DNA of 64,000 nucleotides from an uncultured Candidatus Actinomarina sp. (GTDB lineage: Bacteria > Actinomycetota > Acidimicrobiia > Actinomarinales > Actinomarinaceae), in the NCBI GenBank assembly GCA_902610815.1, contig CACLXG010000004.1, positions 52,566 through 116,565 of the forward strand, read 5' to 3'. Both the position numbers and the translations under genes were made by a program. Positions within the stretch are counted from its first letter, which is position 1. Each line of letters begins with the position of its first letter. Shown piece by piece: positions 42,523 through 49,631 of the stretch. The notes beneath the pieces were generated by a model. The model did no database searches. It was not told the DNA's origin and saw nothing but the letters and a program-made list of their open reading frames with translations.

Positions 42523-42831
42523 ATGAAAGATATAAATGCACAAGAATATAACGAATTATTAAGTTCTGAAGCACCAGTTGTAATTGATTTTCATGCTACA
42601 TGGTGTGGTCCTTGCAAAGTTTTAAGCCCTATTTTAGAAGAGCTCTCAAGTGAAGTTGATGGAGTAGAGTTTGTTAAGCTTGATGTTGACCAACATCCAG
42701 AAATTGCTGGTGCAAATGGTGTTATGGGCGTACCTACAGTTGTAATGCTTAAAGGTGGAGAAGTTAAAGAGAGATTCGTTGGTGTACAACCAAAAGAAGT
42801 CATAAAAGAAAAAGTTTCAGCACTAATTTAA
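42523..42831 (+). CDS. trxA: Thioredoxin
   Basis: WCGPC; SD AAGGAG. Confidence 0.95.
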   Translation: MKDINAQEYNELLSSEAPVVIDFHATWCGPCKVLSPILEELSSEVDGVEFVKLDVDQHPEIAGANGVMGVPTVVMLKGGEVKERFVGVQPKEVIKEKVSALI

Positions 42832-42832
42832 T

Positions 42833-43093
42833 TTGCTTAAATTAATTCTTTTTATCCAAATAGTTTTGTTAACCCTATTTTTGGGTGCAGGATATTTTCT
42901 ATATTCAGAATTACAAACTCTGTCTTTAGAAGTTGATAATGCTTTAGCGGTTATTGCAGATATCCAATCTCTGCTACCTAAGTTAGAGGTTGCCGTTGAT
43001 ACAGTGATCTCACTTGAGACAACTTTTCAAAGCTTGCAAGGATTGAGTGACATACTTACTTTATTACTAGACCCACTTCAGGGAAATTCATAA
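42833..43093 (+). CDS. Small membrane-anchored hypothetical protein
   Basis: N-terminal TM helix plus amphipathic helix; tightly coupled between trxA and the glutaredoxin-like gene. Confidence 0.7.
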   Translation: MLKLILFIQIVLLTLFLGAGYFLYSELQTLSLEVDNALAVIADIQSLLPKLEVAVDTVISLETTFQSLQGLSDILTLLLDPLQGNS

Positions 43094-43094
43094 G

Positions 43095-43343
43095 ATGAAT
43101 ATAAATTTTTATACTACTGACTGGTGTGGAGATTGTGTAAGGTCAAAAGCTCTCTTGAAAAAATTAAATGTTGATTTTAATGAGATCAATGTTGATACAG
43201 ATCAAGAAGCAAACGAATATATTAAATCTTTACAAGCTAATCAAAGAAGGATACCTACTATTGTTTTTGATGATGGATCGTTTTTGGTTGAACCATCAGA
43301 TATTGATCTTGAAAATAAGCTAAAAGAATTAAATTACATTTAG
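43095..43343 (+). CDS. Mycoredoxin/glutaredoxin-like protein
   Basis: WCGDC, IPTIVFDDGSFLVEPS. Confidence 0.85.
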   Translation: MNINFYTTDWCGDCVRSKALLKKLNVDFNEINVDTDQEANEYIKSLQANQRRIPTIVFDDGSFLVEPSDIDLENKLKELNYI

Positions 43344-43350
43344 TAATTTT

Positions 43351-43367
43351 TGTTAAATCTTTGTTAA
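43351..43367. promoter_or_regulatory. Direct repeat TGTTAA-N5-TGTTAA (11-bp period), OmpR/PhoB-type box candidate
   Basis: Two hexamers 11 bp apart upstream of a phosphatase gene. Confidence 0.4.
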
Positions 43368-43427
43368 TCGTTCATAACATATTTTATTTGATATAAAATA
43401 ACCTTTAATTTAAATAAGTGGTTTATA

Positions 43428-44210
43428 GTGATTGATAAAAATAATGAATATGAAAAATTTATTAATGGAATACTAGATTTATCAGGTGCAATTGCATTAA
43501 ATAATTTTCGAAAAATTAGAGACCTAACGCTTAAAGGGGATTTAAGTCCTGTAACAAAAGCCGACGAGGATATTGAACAGTTTATTAGAGGTAAAATTCT
43601 TGAAAAGTATCCAGGTCATAAAATTATTGGAGAAGAGTTGGATGATTTTGAAGGGTCAGAAAATGTCACATGGTACATTGATCCAATTGACGGAACAAGA
43701 AGCTTTGTCGCAGGAAAGCATGACTTTGGAACTCTTATAGCCTTAGTAATTAATGATGAATTGATTGGAGGCGTAATAGATTGTCCAGCTCTAGGAGAAA
43801 GATGGACTTCGTTTAGTTTAAATGAAACTAAGGTGAATCAGAAAATTACAAAATGTAAAGCTGTTGCTGATTTAAAAGATGCTGTTATGGCAACAACTTC
43901 AAGTCATGAATTCGGAATGAAAAAGTGGAGAGCGTATCAATCACTAGAGCAATCTGTAAAGCTTACAACAACAGGAAGTGATTGTTACAATTATGGCTTG
44001 CTTGCCAGTGGCTATATAGATATTGTTGCTGAGAGATTAACTGCCCCTCATGATTATTTACCACTAATCAAAATAGTAGAAGGAGCTGGTGGTATCATGA
44101 CAGATTGGGAGGGTAAAAAGCTAGATTTTAATCAAAGCAATGTATATGTTTTGGCTTCTGCGTCAGAGGAAATTCATAAAATGGCTTTAAAGAAACTAGA
44201 AAACATGTAA
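43428..44210 (+). CDS. Inositol monophosphatase family protein, HisN-like histidinol-phosphatase
   Basis: GEE, DPIDGTRSF, CYNYGLLASG, TDWEG. Confidence 0.82.
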   Translation: MIDKNNEYEKFINGILDLSGAIALNNFRKIRDLTLKGDLSPVTKADEDIEQFIRGKILEKYPGHKIIGEELDDFEGSENVTWYIDPIDGTRSFVAGKHDFGTLIALVINDELIGGVIDCPALGERWTSFSLNETKVNQKITKCKAVADLKDAVMATTSSHEFGMKKWRAYQSLEQSVKLTTTGSDCYNYGLLASGYIDIVAERLTAPHDYLPLIKIVEGAGGIMTDWEGKKLDFNQSNVYVLASASEEIHKMALKKLENM

Positions 44211-45133
44211 TGAAAATACTTATTTGCGATTCATTAAATAGCAAAGTTTTAGAAGAATTACAATCACTTGGTGAATGTATCGATATCTCATCATCTGAAT
44301 CAAAGGATCAAGATTTAGTTTTAGAAATTAGTGATGCAGAAGTTGTAGTTATTAGAAGCTCTACCCAAATGACAAAAGAAATAATTGAAAAAGGAGATAA
44401 GCTCAAAATAATTGCAAGGTGTGGGGTAGGTGTGGACAATATTGATATAGAGTATGCAAAGTCTAAGAATATAGAAGTGACAAATTCACCATCAGCTAAT
44501 TTGACTTCTGTTGTTGAGCTCACTGTTGCTTTAATTATCAATGCAGCAAGAAAAATTAATCTTGCTGATAGTCATTTAAAAGATAGTAAGTGGGATCGAA
44601 AAAAGTTTATTGGAATAGAATTATCTGGAAAACAACTTGGAATTGTAGGGTATGGAAAAGCAGGACGGTTACTGTCTAAGGTAATGAAAAGTTTTGGTAT
44701 GTCAATTGCTTTTTATGATCCTTATGTCAAAAAATGGGATGGGCCTGAAAAAAGATTAGAGCTAGATGAATTATTAAGCACATCAGATGTAATTTCAATT
44801 CATGTAATTAAAACTGAAGAAACAGAGAATTTAATCTCAAAAGAAAAACTTGATTTACTAAAAGAAAGTGCGATATTGATAAATACCTCTAGAGGTGGTG
44901 TTGTAGACGAAGATTATCTAATTGAACTCCTAGGATCAAGTAAGATATTTGGTGCCGGTCTAGATGTTTACTCAGAAGAACCACCTAAAAATATAGATAA
45001 TTTTGCAGATATTAATTTAATCACTACGCCACATATAGGAGCATCTACAAATGAGGCACAACTAAAAGCTGGTTTAGATACTGTAGAAAATATACAAAAA
45101 ATATTATCTGGAGATGATTCAGTAGCTCTTTAA
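44210..45133 (+). CDS. D-2-hydroxyacid dehydrogenase, SerA-like, without regulatory domain
   Basis: GVGVDNID, GYGKAG, INTSRGG, TPHIGAST.EAQ. Confidence 0.85.
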   Translation: MKILICDSLNSKVLEELQSLGECIDISSSESKDQDLVLEISDAEVVVIRSSTQMTKEIIEKGDKLKIIARCGVGVDNIDIEYAKSKNIEVTNSPSANLTSVVELTVALIINAARKINLADSHLKDSKWDRKKFIGIELSGKQLGIVGYGKAGRLLSKVMKSFGMSIAFYDPYVKKWDGPEKRLELDELLSTSDVISIHVIKTEETENLISKEKLDLLKESAILINTSRGGVVDEDYLIELLGSSKIFGAGLDVYSEEPPKNIDNFADINLITTPHIGASTNEAQLKAGLDTVENIQKILSGDDSVAL

Positions 45134-45223
45134 ATTTTTAAAAAAATCTGTTGTATTAGTTTTAAAAAAATACAATAATTGAATTACGAATTAGTTGTTT
45201 AGGCTGGCACCAATAATTTTTTC

Positions 45224-46366
45224 TTACCGATCGAACTTGCTTTTTATTGTCTCATAAGCAGGCCATCCATATGGTATGCATCCTTCAGTTCCTTTACTTT
45301 GTTGCATCATGACAGGTGCAATAGCTCCTTCTTTTGGACAACCTACGTGTCCCCAGCCAAGAATATGCCCTGTTTCATGATTAATTAGGTAGATTCTGTA
45401 TGTTTCTATATCATTTTTGAAATCTACAGCACCATTTTGCCATCTAAAAAAGTTAAGTACAATATTTTGTTCATTTCTGCATGAGTAAATACTATTGGTT
45501 TCAATTGGTGCGCATAATTCATCAGTTTTTTCTGGGGACGCAAAAATATAAACATAGTCACTATCTTCAACACTAGTTAGCTGAAAAGATTTTTCAGCAA
45601 TATTTGTCCAACCAAGGTCATTATTTAATATAAGAAACAAAAGATTTTTAATACATAAAGGATCAAGACCAAGTGAAGGCTCTATTTTTACTGCGTAATT
45701 AAATTTTTTCTCATCCCTTTGATTAACATTTTCAGGTATTACCCATTCCTCTGCAGAATTTTCTTTAATTTGTGTTGAATCTATACAGCCACCTTTTAGA
45801 TCAGATGTACCAAGATTTTTAGATTTATTTATTACTGAATCATTTAAAAATATTGCTGTTGTAGTTTCCTCCTGACTACTTTTTATATTTAGTACGCTTG
45901 TAACTTCTATTAATTTTTCATTCCATATAGCAAGGTCTGATTCAATGCTTAAAGAATCGAGTATATCTTCAACATCTTCTTCATTTAAGTTTTGATAATT
46001 TGAAATAAAATAACTTTGAGCATAAGCATAATGAGATGCGTAAGTTGAGCTTTTTTCATCTATTTTATTAAGTACAGACAACCATTCGTTAAGACAATTT
46101 TCAGTAAGGCTAAACCAAGACCCAAATTTTATACATTCATCACTTATTGAGAGTAGTTCATTGTCAATAAATTCTTTTAAGCTTATATCTAATGCATTAA
46201 ATCGGTCAATTTCTATTTGTTTTTGAATAGTTGTTGAAGTTAATGTGGTTTCTACTTGTGATGTTTCGGTTTGTTGATCAAGTGAATCACTTAAAAAATT
46301 AAATGCGAAAAAACTTACACCAAGCAAACTTATTAACAAAATTGAAGATTTAATGGTTTGATTCAT
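45224..46366 (-). CDS. Secreted DUF3152-type zinc metalloprotein
   Basis: YLINHETGHILGWGH..C and APVMMQQS; N-terminal signal/TM segment. Confidence 0.82.
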   Translation of the reverse strand: MNQTIKSSILLISLLGVSFFAFNFLSDSLDQQTETSQVETTLTSTTIQKQIEIDRFNALDISLKEFIDNELLSISDECIKFGSWFSLTENCLNEWLSVLNKIDEKSSTYASHYAYAQSYFISNYQNLNEEDVEDILDSLSIESDLAIWNEKLIEVTSVLNIKSSQEETTTAIFLNDSVINKSKNLGTSDLKGGCIDSTQIKENSAEEWVIPENVNQRDEKKFNYAVKIEPSLGLDPLCIKNLLFLILNNDLGWTNIAEKSFQLTSVEDSDYVYIFASPEKTDELCAPIETNSIYSCRNEQNIVLNFFRWQNGAVDFKNDIETYRIYLINHETGHILGWGHVGCPKEGAIAPVMMQQSKGTEGCIPYGWPAYETIKSKFDR

Positions 46367-46407
46367 ATAACTTATGTTAAAAGGATATTACTTTCTAATA
46401 AAGGAAA

Positions 46408-46968
46408 TTATTTTTTGTATCCTTTTTCATCTATAAAATCTTCAGCTTCTAATCCAAGCCCATCAGCCACTCTATTTATATAATTAAAGTAAGAAATTAT
46501 TTGTACTATCTCTGAAACTTCCTTGTCAATATAACCAAATTCTTTAATTTTTTGTATGTCCGATTTATCAATTTTCCCAGGACTAAGTGTTAATTTTTCA
46601 GCAAAGTAGCAGATAGCTTTTTGTTGTTCTGTTAAACCACTTTCCTTCCAGTTAACAGCTATTTCATCTACTAATTTTTGATCTTTTGTCTCCGACCGGA
46701 GATCATATAAATGCGCTCTTATTCAATATTCGCATTCATTAGAAATTGAAGTAACTACTGCAAGTAATTCACGATCAAAGCGTGGAACATTTGAACTTCC
46801 AAACATTGTTGAATTATAGAGACGCATTGAGTCTCTGAGTATTTCTGGGGTTTGTGACTGTATTGTCAATACATTCCATATTCTTCCAGCTCTTCTTAAG
46901 CCTTTTTCATATTCTTTTTTCAGAAGTCCAGTAGAATTTTTAAAATCAAATAATTTTATGAAAGCCAT
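46408..46968 (-). CDS. AhpD/carboxymuconolactone-decarboxylase-family peroxidase-related protein, probable selenoprotein (CxxU), 186 aa
   Basis: RELLAVVTSISNEC-E-Y-(TGA 46723-46725)-IRAH; frame stays open 104 more codons through FAEKLT and YFNYINRVADGLG to TAA at 46408. Confidence 0.88.
46687..46705 (-). promoter_or_regulatory. Candidate bacterial SECIS hairpin UG(A)UCUCC-GGUC-GGAGACA
   Basis: Loop starts with G, 25 nt after the UGA; built from GC-ending codons atypical for this window. Confidence 0.75.
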
Positions 46969-46998
46969 ATTGTCTATTTTTACTTAAAATAAAGGTGT

Positions 46999-47442
46999 AT
47001 GCAACTTCCAAATGAACTTAAACAAGCAATTGAGAATAATGCATTCTGTTCAATAGCTACAAAAATTAATGAAAATGAGATTCAGAATCATCTAATGTGG
47101 GTTGATTACAAAGAAAATAAAATTCTTATTAATACAGAACAAGGAAGAAAAAAAACAGAAAATATCAGGCAGGAACCAAATTTGTCAATTGTCATTTTTC
47201 ATCCATCTGACATGTATTCAAGTTGGGAAATAAGAGGTAGTGTAGAAACAATAGTTCAAGATACTACTGCCAATGATCACATAGACTATTTATCAAATCG
47301 ATACCTAGGCAAGCCTTATAAGCGGACAAAGGATACTACCTGGGAACAAGCAGGCATTAAATCCAGAGAAATATGGGAAGTTGAAGTAAGTAAAATTTTA
47401 TCTATGGTGAGCAGACCTCAGGCAAAATCTGCTTCAGAGTAA
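46999..47442 (+). CDS. PPOX-class (split beta-barrel) probable F420-dependent oxidoreductase
   Basis: MWVDY, INTEQGRKK.EN, EIRG, HIDYLSNRYLG; cofD/cofE in the window. Confidence 0.8.
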   Translation: MQLPNELKQAIENNAFCSIATKINENEIQNHLMWVDYKENKILINTEQGRKKTENIRQEPNLSIVIFHPSDMYSSWEIRGSVETIVQDTTANDHIDYLSNRYLGKPYKRTKDTTWEQAGIKSREIWEVEVSKILSMVSRPQAKSASE

Positions 47443-48062
47443 AACTTTAAAAAAGGATTGTTCTCAAAAGATTCCTGTTCTACCCCTAGAAATTCTTTAA
47501 TTAAATTTTCTGCATTTAATGAGATATCCCCACCTCTAGATTCGGTGTGTCCTGATTTTCTAAATAAATCTTCGGGAATTTTTTTCATAAATCTTTTAAA
47601 GTTTTCCTCGGATATTCTTAGATGCTTTGCAAGTGATAGCTCTACTTTTACTGATTGCGGTAAGACATTGCAACTAAATACATATAGAGAAGCAAACATA
47701 GCCCAATCTAGCGGTGAGGGTCTTCTGCCTTTTTCAAAAACTGTAAAATCGTAATCAGGGAAATATTTATAAGGAGAGTAGGCTAATCCGGATTTATCAG
47801 ATAAAACTTTATAAATATATCGATCAAGTAACTTAATATCCATATTTGGAATGTTATTTTCAATCGTTAATTTACCAATTTGGAATTCACTCTCAGAAGG
47901 ATGGATGACTAACTTACTAATTACAATTTTTCCAAAATAGTTTTCTATATCTACATCAATTTGAATATTTTTTGGTATAAAAATTAACCCATCATTATCA
48001 CTTGAATCAATTACAACTTGTAATTGTTCATTTAGTTCAAAGCTATTGTTATTAATTTTCAT
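47418..48062 (-). CDS. Hypothetical protein, possible C-terminal helix-turn-helix
   Basis: LAKHLRISEENFKRFMKK segment; divergent from tmRNA. Confidence 0.7.
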   Translation of the reverse strand: MKINNNSFELNEQLQVVIDSSDNDGLIFIPKNIQIDVDIENYFGKIVISKLVIHPSESEFQIGKLTIENNIPNMDIKLLDRYIYKVLSDKSGLAYSPYKYFPDYDFTVFEKGRRPSPLDWAMFASLYVFSCNVLPQSVKVELSLAKHLRISEENFKRFMKKIPEDLFRKSGHTESRGGDISLNAENLIKEFLGVEQESFENNPFLKFYSEADFA

Positions 48063-48114
48063 ATTTTAAATAATCTAATTCTCAAGTATAATTTTAGAAC
48101 TAATAAAACTGTAT

Positions 48115-48452
48115 GGGGGTGAACTGGCTTCGACTTTGAAGCGAGTCTCTCAGTAGCGAGTCGAGGGTCCTAGGGCCTCGTAAAAAACGTAGGAAAACAA
48201 TATAACTGCCAAACCTAAGTTGGCTTTAGCAGCCTAACCGCTGCTCGTCATCTATCGGGGCTCCCACCTCGGATAGCAATGGCGTCGAAATGTGGGATGC
48301 TGAGTTGGGTTACCGACTGACTCTTAAGATTTAGGTAAACCTGTTAGGTTATAGGTTCCGATGACTTGCCTAACAGTAAACCATCGGATGCACTCGGAGA
48401 AGCTGTTTGATAGCTTGGAAGGACCGGGGTTCGACTCCCCGCACCTCCACCA
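48115..48452 (+). ncRNA. ssrA: tmRNA, tag peptide (A)AKPKLALAA at 48208-48237
   Basis: 5' GGGGGTG pairs with 3' CACCTCC-ACCA including G3:U; T-arm GGTTCGACTCC; resume context ATAACTGCC. Confidence 0.96.
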
Positions 48453-49631
48453 ATGAATAAAATATATGATGTTGCAATTGTAGGGGCTGGTATTGTTGGT
48501 CTCTCAACGGCTCTAAAATTACAAGAACAAGGTAAAAATGTTCTTGTATTAGATAAAGAAAAATCTCCAGGGACCCACCAGTCTGGTAGAAACTCAGGAG
48601 TTATTCATTCTGGAATTTATTACAAACCTCAATCTTTCAAATCAAATCTTTGTATTAGAGGCAGAGAACTATTAATTGATTTTATGAATTCGGAAAGCAT
48701 CCCATTCAGAATTGAAGGAAAAATTGTAGTCGATCATGATATTGAAAAAATTACTCATTTAAACAATAGAGCTAAAGAGCTCAACATGGATGGTGTAAGG
48801 CATTTGGAAAGAAATGAGATACTAGATTTAGAACCAAATTGTAAATTTGAATCAGCATTATATGTTCCTCAGGCTGGAGTAGTTGACTATAAGGTAGTAA
48901 CAGAGACAATTGCAAAGAAATTTGAGACTTTAGGGGGAACTGTAAAATATTTTCAAAAAATAAAATCAATAGATTCAAAAAATGATTTAAAAATTCTTAC
49001 TAGTGATAAGGAAACATTCACTTCAGAATATCTGATAAACTGTGCAGGCTTATTTTCTGACACGGTTGCTTTAATGGACAATATTAAGCCCAATTTAAGA
49101 ATAATTCCTTTTAGGGGTGAATATTTTGTATTGAATCAAGAGAAATCTCATTTAGTAAATAATATGATTTATCCAATAAGCGATCCAAACTTACCATTTT
49201 TGGGAATTCATCTTACCAAAACAGTTGATGGTCAAATTGAAGCTGGTCCAAATGCAGTTTTAGCATTTTCTAAAGAGGGATATAAATGGAGTAACATCAA
49301 TGTTTTTGAATTTAGTAAAACAATTTCATACAAAGGAATGTGGAAGCTAGGCAAGAAATACTTTGGTACAGGAATTTCTGAGATGTATAGATCTTTAAAT
49401 AAGAGAGTATTTCTAAAGGAAATATTAAATTATATTCCTAATGTTGAGTTAAAAGATTTAGAACCCCGAGTAGCTGGAGTGAGGGCGCAAGCTGTAAGTT
49501 CTAACGGAGACTTGATTGACGATTTTGTTTTTGAAGAGGGTGATAATTCTCTTCATGTTCTAAATGCACCAAGCCCTGCAGCAACAGCTTCTCTAGCTAT
49601 TGGTGAGTATATTGCAGAAAAGATTAACTAA
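48453..49631 (+). CDS. lhgO: L-2-hydroxyglutarate oxidase
   Basis: GAGIVG, HQSGRNSGVIHSGIYY, PFLGIH, NAPSPAATAS. Confidence 0.92.
   Translation: MNKIYDVAIVGAGIVGLSTALKLQEQGKNVLVLDKEKSPGTHQSGRNSGVIHSGIYYKPQSFKSNLCIRGRELLIDFMNSESIPFRIEGKIVVDHDIEKITHLNNRAKELNMDGVRHLERNEILDLEPNCKFESALYVPQAGVVDYKVVTETIAKKFETLGGTVKYFQKIKSIDSKNDLKILTSDKETFTSEYLINCAGLFSDTVALMDNIKPNLRIIPFRGEYFVLNQEKSHLVNNMIYPISDPNLPFLGIHLTKTVDGQIEAGPNAVLAFSKEGYKWSNINVFEFSKTISYKGMWKLGKKYFGTGISEMYRSLNKRVFLKEILNYIPNVELKDLEPRVAGVRAQAVSSNGDLIDDFVFEEGDNSLHVLNAPSPAATASLAIGEYIAEKIN

Noticed and set aside
46723-46968. 81-aa ORF as a complete gene or a pseudogene
   Set aside because: The TGA is at the catalytic Cys position, the downstream frame is intact and a SECIS-like hairpin follows, so recoding fits better
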